DNA from: a virus
Length of the DNA: 64,000 nucleotides
Virus record (IMG/VR): IMGVR_UViG_3300019760_000006
Span: 1 to 64,000 of that record
Direction: 5' to 3' (one strand)
Position numbers and translations under genes: made by a program. Of the stretch, positions 1 to 10,803 are shown piece after piece. Every line of letters starts with the position of its first letter. Positions within the stretch are counted from its first letter, which is position 1. The notes under the pieces were generated by a model, which saw only the letters and a list, made by a program, of their open reading frames with translations, did not search any database and was not told the DNA's origin.

Positions 1-672
1 GATGGAACTTTTCATGATAATAATGCATTAAATTATTCTGTTGTTGCTGGAAGGGAGATCAATAGGGATGATGGGAAGAACATAACGTACGCCTGTCTGT
101 ATGGAGCACAATCTAAAAAGATATCAGTGATGACGAGTGTGTCTGAAAGTAGAGGACAAAAGATAATTGATGCCCTTTGGCAGAACAACCCAGGATTATT
201 AGCTGTTAAAGAGAATATAGAAAAGTATTGGGAGAGGACAGGTAAGAAGTATGTTATGGGTTTAGATGGTAGAAAAGTTTACACAAGAAGTAAGCATTCT
301 CTCATGAACAGCCTATTTCAACATGCAGGCGCTCTTATATTGGATTTTGCACAGTGTTTTGTGGCTAATAAAATACAAGAAGAAGGACTGGATGTTCAGA
401 GGTGGGGGGAGTTCCATGACGAGAGTCAGTTTTATGAGAGTAACAAAGAAATTCAGATATTTACATTTGAAGAGAAACCGGAACAAATTAGGGACAATCT
501 CAGATACTCAAAACCTAAGTTAGATGAAGTATCTAATATGTGGGTTCAGTATTACGCCCCTGTCGGTCACTTATTAGATCAGGGGTTTTTAGCTGCTGGA
601 AAATTCTTTAAAACAAACGTAGAGTTTAGAGCAGAGTATCTTTGTGGCCCCTCATGGAGAGAATGTCATTAG
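1..672 (+). CDS. polA: Family A DNA polymerase, C-terminal part (5' truncated by window)
   Basis: Frame 1 is open from base 1: DGTFH...RDDGKNITYACLYGA (motif B, RxxxKxxxYxxxYG), GLDGRK...NSLFQ, and HDE (motif C). Confidence 0.92.
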   Translation, partial: DGTFHDNNALNYSVVAGREINRDDGKNITYACLYGAQSKKISVMTSVSESRGQKIIDALWQNNPGLLAVKENIEKYWERTGKKYVMGLDGRKVYTRSKHSLMNSLFQHAGALILDFAQCFVANKIQEEGLDVQRWGEFHDESQFYESNKEIQIFTFEEKPEQIRDNLRYSKPKLDEVSNMWVQYYAPVGHLLDQGFLAAGKFFKTNVEFRAEYLCGPSWRECH

Positions 673-730
673 TAATACGTAATAAAAATAAGGAGTTATA
701 ATATAATTATCATAATATGTGAAATAATAG

Positions 731-759
731 TTGACAAACAACATTAGATTTTATATAAC
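731..759 (+). promoter_or_regulatory. Sigma70-type promoter
   Basis: TTGACA-17 nt-TATAAC preceded by an A-rich UP-like GAAATAATAG; same design as 5205 and 7746. Confidence 0.8.
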
Positions 760-983
760 ATAATCATTGATTGAAACAACAATACAAAAACAAGGGAAAA
801 TAAAATGTACATACTTAAGGATTTTATTACGATTCAATATTCAAAGGAGCAAATCAAAATGTTTAAAGATGAGAGGATTAAAGAACAGAAACACATAGCT
901 AATGAAGTTTTGACAGGATTAAAATCATCATTTGATTCACAAGCTGATGATAGACAACAATTAATAAAAAGGAGATAAATAAA

Positions 984-1961
984 ATGAAAAGTAAATTTGT
1001 AAATTCAACAAACAACAGATTTGTTAGGTGTATTAAAGATGTCATCCACAGACCAGATGATAACATTATGCATTATGAGACTTGGGATAAGGTTGGGGAG
1101 GAGTATGAAATTTCTGGTCAGGGGGAAGATGGTGAGCTTTATATTAATGATTGCTCCGGTACGGGGTGTCATCAGGTTGGAAAACCTGGAAATATGTGGT
1201 TTGATGAACATTTCATCCTACTTATGAATGAGAATGAATTTAAAAAAGAATTCCTTGACAAAAACAATAAAGTTGCTGTACATTGTAAGACAGAAGCAAA
1301 AGCAAAAGCTTTTTGTGCTTGGATGCATGATCAAGGTTTGACTTGGTGTACGGGTTATAGTTATCTAAGGGTAGATAATAATTTTGAATTATACTTTGAA
1401 GAAACTTGTTATTCAAACCATGGAGAGTACAGTCCTATAGGGTTTTACAAAGATAATGGGTGGAGAGTCATAGAGTTTGACAAAATTAAATTTAATGAGA
1501 TTGAAAACAATAAGATGGGGAAGAAAGAGGAGAAGGAGGTGGATATGAAAAAAGTTAATTATGAGGTAATTAAACCATTCAATTTTGAAATGATTCTCAA
1601 AAGGAATCCTTGTGAATCAGAACAGAATAAAGCAATGCTTGAGTTGTTTGAAGCCGGAAACGCTAAGACAGATTACTTTCAGGAATGGGAGGATATTAAA
1701 GATTTTGAATGTGTAGAAAGGAATATTGATTGGTTAGTTGAAAAAGGTTTTATTAAGAAATGCAAAAAGCCTTTTAAACCATTTTATTTTAAAATTAAAA
1801 TCGATAATGAAGAAGACTTGAAAAGTTTATATGCAAGATTTATACTGATTAATAGAGAAGTAAATGAATATGGAAATTACTCATTTAAATGTACAAGAGA
1901 ATTTAATGATGAAGTTGATGCACTTGAAGAGATCCTCTATAAAAATGAAATTAAGTTCTAA
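984..1961 (+). CDS. Hypothetical multi-module phage protein
   Basis: 325-aa ORF with GGAG RBS; central AVHCKT...GLTW...ETCY module; internal GGAGG RBS and ATG near 1546. Confidence 0.7.
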   Translation: MKSKFVNSTNNRFVRCIKDVIHRPDDNIMHYETWDKVGEEYEISGQGEDGELYINDCSGTGCHQVGKPGNMWFDEHFILLMNENEFKKEFLDKNNKVAVHCKTEAKAKAFCAWMHDQGLTWCTGYSYLRVDNNFELYFEETCYSNHGEYSPIGFYKDNGWRVIEFDKIKFNEIENNKMGKKEEKEVDMKKVNYEVIKPFNFEMILKRNPCESEQNKAMLELFEAGNAKTDYFQEWEDIKDFECVERNIDWLVEKGFIKKCKKPFKPFYFKIKIDNEEDLKSLYARFILINREVNEYGNYSFKCTREFNDEVDALEEILYKNEIKF

Positions 1962-2015
1962 TACTAAGTTATAATAATAAACAAATAAATAAAGTAACAA
2001 AAAGGAGAATATTTT

Positions 2016-2858
2016 ATGGCGAAGGATATTATTAAAGTTAGAGGAACACTAAAACGAGTTTACATGAAGGAACTCACTCAGGAAGAACTTGATAGAATTA
2101 TCACACCAAGGACTGGACCAAATGCTGGAAATCAGGTTAAGATCTATGATGGAAAAACACATAAACTAAACATTCAGATGGATGATGATAAGTGGTATGG
2201 CGGCGGTGCCGTTAAAATTAGGCCAGGAGATCCTTGTATTCTTAGAAAGCAAGTAGATGATGAGTGGGAAAATATTTATGAAGGTGCTAAGGTTGTGTTT
2301 AAAGCTAAACTAAACGGTGACTATAATCCAAATATCAGGTGGAAAACATTTGATATGGAGGAGAATGGGGCACCTCCAGAAAACCCATTCATTTATAAAC
2401 AGAATGAAGCTAATAGTAATGCCGATTCGAACACACAGTCAGCTAATAAACCAAAGTTTGATCCTATTGGTATGATGAAGGGTAATGCTTTTAATGGAGC
2501 TATGGAAGTTCTTCAGCATAATGTCAATGTGGTAACATTCGATAGTGTAAAAGGGGTTGCTGGAGAGATTTTTAAAGCTAACAAAACTCTTCAAGAGAAG
2601 TATCCTGATGAAAATGGCGCTACTATTGGTATGGTGGTGAAAGAAGCTTGTTGTATGACAAGTGATTCAAAAGAGATTATTAAAATTGCTGAATATCTTT
2701 TGACAAGTGTTGTAAGTGAATTGAATAGCTATTTGGATGGTGATTATAATCAAAATGATTATAATCAAGATTATGATAGAGGCGATAGCGAAAATAATCC
2801 TGAGAACGTAAGTGGTCAAGATAACCAACCTATTGATGACAGGGAAATTCCCTTCTGA
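2016..2858 (+). CDS. Putative single-stranded DNA-binding protein
   Basis: Beta-rich N-terminus, low-complexity acidic tail ending DDREIPF (SSB-type tail), near DNA polymerase. Confidence 0.65.
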   Translation: MAKDIIKVRGTLKRVYMKELTQEELDRIITPRTGPNAGNQVKIYDGKTHKLNIQMDDDKWYGGGAVKIRPGDPCILRKQVDDEWENIYEGAKVVFKAKLNGDYNPNIRWKTFDMEENGAPPENPFIYKQNEANSNADSNTQSANKPKFDPIGMMKGNAFNGAMEVLQHNVNVVTFDSVKGVAGEIFKANKTLQEKYPDENGATIGMVVKEACCMTSDSKEIIKIAEYLLTSVVSELNSYLDGDYNQNDYNQDYDRGDSENNPENVSGQDNQPIDDREIPF

Positions 2859-2882
2859 TAAGCACTTGAAATAATTAAAGAT

Positions 2883-2912
2883 ACACACCTTGTATTAACT
2901 TATGAGGTGTGT
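2883..2912 (+). terminator. Hairpin, probable terminator
   Basis: ACACACCTTGTA...TATGAGGTGTGT stem just after the SSB-like gene; weak U-tract. Confidence 0.5.
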
Positions 2913-2944
2913 TAATAAAAACACATAAAAGGTAAATAAAATAG

Positions 2945-4666
2945 ATGAATTACAAAAGAGTTGAAATTGTTGAGGAAGTAATTGGTGTTATAAATGGTAG
3001 AGTTGTAGCTAAACTACAAGGTCATAAACATGATGTAATGACAAAACGTATTTTGTATATTAATCCAGATATTAGATTCTTTTCAACAAGTGAAACAATG
3101 TATACAATACCAGATGTTAATACAATCTCAGTTGATAAACTACTTGAAATTGCAAATGATATTAAATTTTATGAAGAGAATGGAGATAATCAAGTTAGAT
3201 GGATGAGACAGATATCATTAGAGAAACCTAATGATATTATGAAGAAACGATTTACATAATAATAAAAGGAAAAAGGAATAAAATGGAAAGTAAATTTGTA
3301 AAGTGTGCTGTAATATTTAACAATATTCTTGATATCATTGAATCTTTATTTGTGTGGGTTTTGATTGCAATTTGTATTAGGTTTTGTCTTGGAATACCCA
3401 CGGTGAATGTTTGTGGTAAATACACTGAAAATATAAATGGAATCCAAGAAACAGGGAGTTACTCTATATCACTCGATAAAAATGGTATCAATAAGAAAAT
3501 AAATATTGAACATGTAGAGATTGTTGAGGATTTGAAATGAAAAAATTATTTATTACATTTCTAAGTTTGTTGATATATTTTAGTTGTTGTTTTAACTGCT
3601 ATTCAGAGTCAACATGTGATATATCTAAATTTGATAGAAATGGTTTGGCTTATAAAGTGATTAGAGATAGAGTTAAAGTGGCATCTGAGTTGTTGTTTGG
3701 TGAACAGATAGATGGGGGGTTTCAAATCGTGAGTATTAATAATTTTGAATACCGGGATTTGAAATATATAAGAGTTGAGGTTGGTGCTATTGTTACAAAC
3801 AATGATAATAAGATTAAAGAAAAGGGTGTTTACTTTGTAAGTTTCCACGAAGTTAAAAATCTTGATCTAATATTTGATCTGATTCCCGAATCAATTGTAA
3901 AAATTGATTCAAAGTTTGGTGATGATCTTCTTAGTGTTAAATCAAACATATGATATAAACAAAAAGGATGAATTTAAAATGAGCAATGAATTTAAGGTTG
4001 GTGATAGGGTGATTGTGAATGGTGAACAAGATCTCATTAATTTTGTAACCGCTAAAGGGGTTGTTGTTGCGGATTCAGAGGAATTACCCCCTATGATAGG
4101 CGTTGAGTTTGAAATGACTGATGCCTCAATGCACAGCTGTAAAGGAGCTGGAATAGATAAGCATTGTTATTATATATACCCATCTCTTATAAAAAGGATT
4201 GAGGAAAAAGAAAAGATAGGGGGGGAAGGAAAAAGAAAAAGATACAATGATTCTTAGCAAATATACTTTCAGAACAAACAACTTTAGCTTTGAAAGAGTT
4301 GTAGATGATGCAATTGAAGATCAGAAACTATCGTTCCTGGTAATTGGAAAGAATAATTGTTTGTTTGGTATGTCCAAGAACTTTTATAATGAATGTAGAG
4401 AAGATATAGGTAAATTCTCTATAGAGAATAGTTATACAGTATCTTATAATAATCTGACTGGGAAGTTTGTAACAGAGCCTTCTGCTAATTATGAGCATCC
4501 ATATTGGTTACACATCTTTAGTAAAGAGGATATTAGGAAGGTTATTAAATTTTCTAATAAACTAAAAAGATTGGATGAGGAAAGAAAAAGGAAACTTTCA
4601 GATAATATCGGGCCAAATAAAAAGACTAAAGAAAAAAGTACACAATTTACTGTTATAACACTCTGA
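2945..4666 (+). other. Five small hypothetical genes (2945-3259, 3283-3540, 3537-3953, 3979-4257, 4247-4666)
   Basis: Tandem or overlapping ORFs with RBSs; 3283 has a hydrophobic segment and 3537 a signal-peptide-like N-terminus. Confidence 0.7.
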
Positions 4667-4696
4667 TAGTATAATGTTATAACATTGTAATATTTA

Positions 4697-4741
4697 CCCC
4701 CCATACTTACATTAATTTGTAGGTGTGGGGGATTTTTATTT
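4697..4741 (+). terminator. Rho-independent terminator
   Basis: CCCCCATACTTACA/TGTAGGTGTGGGGG stem followed by ATTTTTATTT. Confidence 0.85.
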
Positions 4742-4883
4742 GTAAAAGTGATTTGAAATTTTTATTCCAAACTTATTCTGAAACGGTTTCAAAAATTTAG
4801 ACCAAAATTACTTTTTGATTTGTGAATTTTTTAAAAAGACAACATAGGATGGATCTTCAAGTGAAATTGCAATTTCTTTATAG

Positions 4884-4929
4884 AAAAATAGACCAAAGTT
4901 GGTTGTGAAAAAATAGACCAAAGTTGGTT
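4884..4929. repeat. Perfect 21-bp direct repeat x2 (AAAAATAGACCAAAGTTGGTT)
   Basis: Copies at 4884-4904 and 4909-4929; degenerate third copy near 4791; each has an internal ACCAA-AG-TTGGT palindrome. Confidence 0.9.
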
Positions 4930-5204
4930 TGCCAGGCGGGGTGGCAGAAATGAATGTTGTTCAGTTACTGAATATAATTAATTTAAAAACTCTTTTTACA
5001 AAAACAAAAAGGCTCAAACATTAATCGATATTAACATTTGAACCTTTTATAAGAAGTGTCTTGGCTTGGTAGCTCGACCTCTTTAGTTTTATGACAAATT
5101 GTCAGATCTATATATAATAAGGTGGGGTATTTGTCAAGCTATTTGATTATGTATAGATACATATATAGATACTGAAATTAATTTTATTTTATATGAAATA
5201 ATTC

Positions 5205-5233
5205 TTGACACCTTAAAACCACCTTGCTATAAC
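5205..5233 (+). promoter_or_regulatory. Early sigma70-type promoter
   Basis: GAAATAATTC-TTGACA-17 nt-TATAAC with extended -10 TG. Confidence 0.85.
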
Positions 5234-5290
5234 ATAAACATTGGTTGGAGTTAATTATTAATTGTAAGAGTGAAAGAGGAAATTAAACAA

Positions 5291-5464
5291 ATGGAAAAGA
5301 AAATCAAAGAGTTGAAAGCTGGCGAAGAAGTAACTATAATTGCAGTTGAAACTGGATCAAGGGCTTGTACAGGTTGTGTGTTTGAAGGTGCTTGTAATTA
5401 CAAAACACTTGAAGAGATAGGGATTCTGGATTGCGAAAATTTAATCTTTAAAATTAAAAAATAA
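5291..5464 (+). CDS. Small Cys-rich protein
   Basis: GAGG RBS before ATG 5291; CTGCVF...C...DC motif also present in 13415-14188. Confidence 0.65.
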   Translation: MEKKIKELKAGEEVTIIAVETGSRACTGCVFEGACNYKTLEEIGILDCENLIFKIKK

Positions 5465-5467
5465 CCA

Positions 5468-5496
5468 TTGACAAACATAAATCACCTTGTTAATGT
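5468..5496 (+). promoter_or_regulatory. Early sigma70-type promoter
   Basis: TTGACA-17 nt-TAATGT with TG extension. Confidence 0.65.
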
Positions 5497-5550
5497 CTAA
5501 TTAAATTAATGGGGTGCTTAACAATAACAGATAATAAAAAGGAACACAAA

Positions 5551-6015
5551 ATGTTGATTACAGGTGAATTAAATAGAAGAACGTGGGAAATTCGCAGACG
5601 CGCTGCTAATCATTGGAATTGCAAAGTGCTGTCTGTCTCCTGGAAACATTGCCTGAAACTTGCCAAGTATCACGGAACAGTAGAGAAAATTTGGCAGAAG
5701 GAAGTCCTGAAGCAAGCCCAGGAAACAACAAACAAAACTATCGTATATGAAAGATCCGCAACAAAACAAACAGTCAAGAAACGTCGTGGTAGACCTGAGA
5801 AGAACGGGGAACTTATCCCTTTTATTGAGAATTGTATCTCTGCCGGAAATATGACAAGGAAACAACTCCTTGCAGCCACCATGCTGCGATATCCAGAGAT
5901 GAAAAAATCATCTTTATCAGTAACAATTAGTAACTGTGGTAATACTGAGAAAACAAGATTGACAGGTGGTAAGGTTTTTGTTAAAGATGAAAATAAACAC
6001 TTGGTTTTTGCCTAA
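5551..6015 (+). CDS. Early protein, basic, possible C-terminal HTH-like domain
   Basis: AAGGA RBS before ATG 5551; RRTWEI...SWKHCLKLA N-terminal helix pair, RRGRP motif, helical C-terminus. Confidence 0.65.
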   Translation: MLITGELNRRTWEIRRRAANHWNCKVLSVSWKHCLKLAKYHGTVEKIWQKEVLKQAQETTNKTIVYERSATKQTVKKRRGRPEKNGELIPFIENCISAGNMTRKQLLAATMLRYPEMKKSSLSVTISNCGNTEKTRLTGGKVFVKDENKHLVFA

Positions 6016-6205
6016 TTGAAAAAGGATGTGATAAAATGAAAGATTTGTTAGAGTTTTGTAAGTGTGAATTGAAAAGGTTAGAATCTGATGATCAATATGG
6101 TGGTTATTCGGAATGGGAGAATGGTATTGAGCGAGGAAGGATATCACAGCTTGAGGATATCATAGAAGAAATAGAAACCAGGTTGATAGAAAAGAGATAA
6201 ATAAA

Positions 6206-7721
6206 ATGAAAGAGATAAGCTTAAAAATAAATCTTATGATTACAGATCTTTTGGAAGAGAAGGAAAGAGCTTGTATATCCGGGAATCTTGATTGTGAAAC
6301 AGTATGTGAGACAACAATTGAGAATCTCCAAGATATACTTCATTGGATTGCACAAAAAATAGGGTATAAAAATGTACTTTACACAAAGGTTGAAACATAT
6401 AACAAGTACTTGGGAAATTGTGTATCAAGGGATGAACTACTATGATGCTGAATACATTTACAGTAACCTATTGAACACCTCTGTGAGGATTATTCATATT
6501 GATTTACAAGAAGATGGCAGCAAAATGATAGTTATTAAGGAGAAATAAATAAAATGTTATGTCAAGAAGTGAGAAAAGATATCCGGGACGCTGTTTATAT
6601 GGCAATGGATTTTATAGCAGATTGGCAAGGTGAGGATTATGTTGGCGGGATTTGCAAACGAGAAGATCTCAACATTAATTCACAAGCGGTTTTAGATTTT
6701 GTCTTTAAATGCCAACAAGAATATAATACTATAGAAAATAAATGGTGGTTGTAAAAGGGAGAGTAAAATGTCCTGCACAGTTAGCTATACATTTCCTTGC
6801 AAGGAGGAGTTTTCACCTAAACGGTGTGTGATAAAGCCTATTAGGGGAAGATGCTCTGCCTTCTTAACATTAATGCCAGCAACTCATTATATATTACTCC
6901 CATTTGCTAAAATTGGTTTATGTCTGCAAATGTCAAATGTTCCAGATACGTTATGGACGGTTACAGAAATTAAGGAGATTTAAAATGTCAAATGAATCAA
7001 TACCATTTTATTCTGAAACATTTGGAAAGCACATAACAATAGTTTACGGCTATTTACCAAGTGAGTCATGGATAGATAAAGGAAAATACTGTCAAATACC
7101 CGAATACTTTGAAATCCTTGCTATCCTGGATAGCAAAACAAATTCGGAAATCCTGATTGATGATGAGGACGCTTACATTCTCGATGATATAGAAAGAGAA
7201 TATAAACAGCATTGTGAATTAATAAAAGGAGAATATTAAAATGGGCAGAGAAAAAGGTTATAAACCAAGTATTAGGTCAATTAAAGAAAAAGGTGGATCG
7301 TTTTATATAGATTATGATGATAATTTAAATGGTCCTGGTGTTTTTGATACTGAATTTGGGTTTTGTTGGGCAACTTGCAATGTGGAAAATGTTTGCGAAG
7401 AATTAAACAAAGAACTAACAAAAGGAAAATATTAAAATGAAAAATAAAAACGATGATAAATTTATCAACCGATCAAATGAACGATCTGCAATTGAAAAAC
7501 GTATTGCAATCAAGCAGAAGAAACTTGACATTCTGCTTAAACATAACACGCTTAAACAACAACCTGAAATAAAGCGCCTAACACTTGAAATAAAAGAGTT
7601 AGAAGAAGAAAGAAGAGGGTTGTATCTGAAAAAAGAATCTACTTTTAAATCAAGTGAAAATGGGGTTGTAGAGGAGGTGCGTGTGAATAAAAAAACAATA
7701 AGAAGACGGAGACAAAAATAA
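6206..7721 (+). other. Small early hypothetical genes (6206-6445, 6554-6754, 6768-6983, 6985-7239, 7241-7435, 7437-7721)
   Basis: Tightly packed ORFs, most with a GGAG-type RBS and A-rich spacer. Confidence 0.7.
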
Positions 7722-7745
7722 ATTAGAACCCCTTGAAAATAATTC

Positions 7746-7774
7746 TTGACACATTAAATTCATATTGCTATAAC
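7746..7774 (+). promoter_or_regulatory. Early sigma70-type promoter
   Basis: AAAATAATTC-TTGACA-17 nt-TATAAC ATAAACATTG, near-identical context to 5205. Confidence 0.85.
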
Positions 7775-7823
7775 ATAAACATTGAACGAAACATTCACTA
7801 ACACAAAAACGGAGATTATTAAA

Positions 7824-8249
7824 ATGAAAAACAGAGACTACAAAAACATTGAAGGGATGACACTTTCTTTTAAATATGGGGTATCAAGGGGGTATGAGAC
7901 ACAAGGTTATACAACTTGTGGATGTTGGTTTAATGGTGGGAAAGTAGGGTTTTGCATGGGTGGTGGTTATGATCTTGCTGGAACATCTTTTGGGCAGTTT
8001 ATTGAGACGTTATTTCATGAGGAGTTGAAAAGAAAAAGCGCCAAGGATTTATACGGATTCTCCTTTTTCAATGAGAAAACCAGAAAACGGCAAACACAAT
8101 GGAGCAAAAACTGTTCTGAAGGGGGTTTTCTTGACGGTGGTTGTGGTTTTAATTCGATGATGGAGGTTTTTAATCGTCTTGGTTACTCTCTCAAGTATGT
8201 GCTTGAAACGACTAATGAAAAAGTTTATACTATTACAACACACAAGTAG
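7824..8249 (+). CDS. Hypothetical early protein
   Basis: GGAG RBS before ATG 7824; GGGYDLAGT and LDGGCG motifs. Confidence 0.75.
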   Translation: MKNRDYKNIEGMTLSFKYGVSRGYETQGYTTCGCWFNGGKVGFCMGGGYDLAGTSFGQFIETLFHEELKRKSAKDLYGFSFFNEKTRKRQTQWSKNCSEGGFLDGGCGFNSMMEVFNRLGYSLKYVLETTNEKVYTITTHK

Positions 8250-8266
8250 AACAGGAGAATAAAACA

Positions 8267-8578
8267 ATGTCAAAAAGAACACAGCAGGTAAAATCATTAG
8301 GTAAGAATGGTAGACGAATCATAAAGAAACAGCAAACAATTGAATCTGTTTCAAGAGGTGGCAGAATCTTCTCCGTTATCTTTACTAAGAAAGATGGAAG
8401 TGAAAGAAAGATGGTTTGCCGGAAGGGGGTTGTGAAACATCTTAGAGGTGGACAGTCAACTACAAAGCATATCAAATCACTTGTGACTGTCTATGACACA
8501 CAGGCTAAAGGGTATCGCTCGATTAATCTTAAAACCTTGAAGATGGTCAAAGGAAGAGGTAAGACAGTTACATTCTAA
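8267..8578 (+). CDS. Phage WYL-like / SH3-fold protein
   Basis: FSVIFTKKDGSERKMVC...VYD...GYRSIN pattern typical of stand-alone phage WYL_2-type proteins. Confidence 0.7.
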   Translation: MSKRTQQVKSLGKNGRRIIKKQQTIESVSRGGRIFSVIFTKKDGSERKMVCRKGVVKHLRGGQSTTKHIKSLVTVYDTQAKGYRSINLKTLKMVKGRGKTVTF

Positions 8579-8785
8579 AGGGAGGAAGGGATAAATAAAA
8601 TGAACAATGTTGTAGATAATTTCATAAGTGATTTACTGGATGACATTTATGGTCAGGATAGACAAGAACCTTTGACAAACGACTCTTTTTGGTTAGAAGA
8701 TGATAGTATTCTGTCAGATGAGACGACAAAAGTCTATGATAAAGATTATTATAATTAATTGTTAAAAGAAGAAGGAGATGAAGTA

Positions 8786-10137
8786 ATGTTTGGTTGCACA
8801 CCTGGTGTATATAAAAATAAAGAAGCTGTTAAATCAGTCGCTAAAGGTTATTCTTTAGAAGAAGGCAACGGTTGGATTGTCATGGAAAAACATTGCAAAG
8901 CAGGTAAGGGTAAATCTATTACGTGGTATCGCCCGGTTAGAGTTGAGGATAATATGGAGGCAAGAGGTGAAGGGTGGAGACCGCCATCAATTCCTTATTA
9001 GGGGGCTTTTTAAAAGTTTGCTAAAATAATAGTTGACAAGTGAATAATAAAATGCTACATGTCTACCAGAATACATTAACAAACAATGTCATAGAAAGAA
9101 AATTTACAAGAGAGTAAACATGACAGCAACAATGTTTATCGGTATATGTGTAGCATTTATCCATATAGCAATTAATTACTGGTGTTTCAAGTACGAAATC
9201 AATTAATAAGTTTGGAGATTCTTAAAATGAAAAAGACAATCGAAATTGTAGGACATGGTGTTATGTTAACTGATTATTTTCATGGAACGAGTGGAGTATG
9301 GATTAATGTCTATATCAACAATAAAACAACAGTCAGTGAAGTTATCGAACTATTAAGGGATGAGATAAATTTAGTGTGGGATCATGTAGAGTTTACAGCG
9401 AGTCAACACGGTTGTAATCCCGAAGATGTTTGGACAGCTATAACAGAACAAATAGGAGAGATGGAGAACTATGTAAAAAATAAAGGTAATGGAAATAATA
9501 TTTTTCACTATAATTCTGACTTGGATAGCGGAGAATATGATGAAGATGAAGAAATGCCTGTAGCTATATTCACAATTGAGTTTGAAGATTAATACTATTC
9601 TACTAAGAGCAAGGGCTAAAGTAATGAAAAATATTGAAGTGATTAAGTGTGCTGAGACATTGAGGAATAAATTCTATCGTGTTGTTTTTGAAACTGAAAA
9701 TATGAAGTATACAACGGATGGCTGGTTGAATTATAACCAAGCATAGCAAATTAAGACTTGGATATCAACCAATAACATTTCAATCAAAAAATGAAATTAG
9801 AACTTGCAAAACGTGGGCATAGTGTTAGTATAGATAAATATGCTATGTCTAAAAACTATTTATTATAAAGGAGGAAAAAATGAAAATCAATGGCAAGCAG
9901 ATTTGGGCTTTAGAGGAAATTGGCAACGAACCAGAATTTAATCATTTTGGTTGTGATAACTGTAATAATGGGTTAGGTGATATTGTTATCTCCTACAGGG
10001 CCAGAACAAAAGATCAACTTTTCTATCCAGAAAATAATTATGATTATTATGAATTGTGTTTATGTCAAGATTGCCTTTGTGCTTACTTCAATGGTGATGA
10101 ACTACCCGAAGATTGTAATAATATTTATCAGATTTAA
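8786..10137 (+). other. Small early genes (8786-9001, 9227-9592, 9880-10137)
   Basis: RBS-led ORFs; 9227 is highly acidic; 9880 has CxxC...CxxC. Confidence 0.65.
9033..9061 (+). promoter_or_regulatory. Early sigma70-type promoter
   Basis: AAAATAATAG-TTGACA-17 nt-TACATG with TG extension. Confidence 0.65.
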
Positions 10138-10154
10138 AAATTAGAAGGTGAATT

Positions 10155-10802
10155 ATGAACATCTTTATAACAAATCCCTCTCCTGTCATATCTGCTTACA
10201 ATATTGATGATGTGCGAGGCAACAAAATGATAGTTGAATCTTGCCAAATGATTGGCACCCGGCTGTATATGTGCATCGATAAGCTACAGTCAAGATACCC
10301 ACTATCATGGATAAAGGCAAATAAGGAGAACAAACAACAATACAAAGAAGAAACAGGGCTGTATGTTCCTTGTTATATTGATGTCCCTTGTAATATATGG
10401 ATAAGGAAGAACAACTATAATTTTGCTTGGCTTGTTGCACATACGAAAGCGCTCGCAGATCTTTATTATCTAAGAACACAAAAACAACATGCATCAATGA
10501 AGATTTTCAATTCACCCTATTTTCCTTCAGATTTTATATGTTATCATCCATATGATAAACTATCACCCCTGCCTAACTGCACACCATTTTGTAAATCTAT
10601 TGATGGTAAGAAGCAGTACTTCACAGAGTCACAAGAAAAAGTAATTCGTGACTATAAAAAGTTTATGATACAGAAATGGTGCAAGACTGACAAAATTAAA
10701 TTGACTTGGGAGAGACGCAATATCACTTTTGATTATCCAAGGTTTATGAGTGAAAAGGCAATTAAATTAATGAAAGACAGACAAGCAATTTTGGGATATT
10801 GA
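10155..10802 (+). CDS. Pyrimidine-dimer DNA glycosylase / endonuclease V-like protein
   Basis: MNIFITNPSPVISA...D...KMIVESCQMI...PCNIW...NFAWL...Y..R..K.H pattern. Confidence 0.75.
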   Translation: MNIFITNPSPVISAYNIDDVRGNKMIVESCQMIGTRLYMCIDKLQSRYPLSWIKANKENKQQYKEETGLYVPCYIDVPCNIWIRKNNYNFAWLVAHTKALADLYYLRTQKQHASMKIFNSPYFPSDFICYHPYDKLSPLPNCTPFCKSIDGKKQYFTESQEKVIRDYKKFMIQKWCKTDKIKLTWERRNITFDYPRFMSEKAIKLMKDRQAILGY

Positions 10803-10803
10803 T

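Noticed and set aside
4884-4929. CRISPR mini-array
   Set aside because: Only 4 bp separate the 21-bp repeats; no spacer-sized unique sequence and no cas genes.
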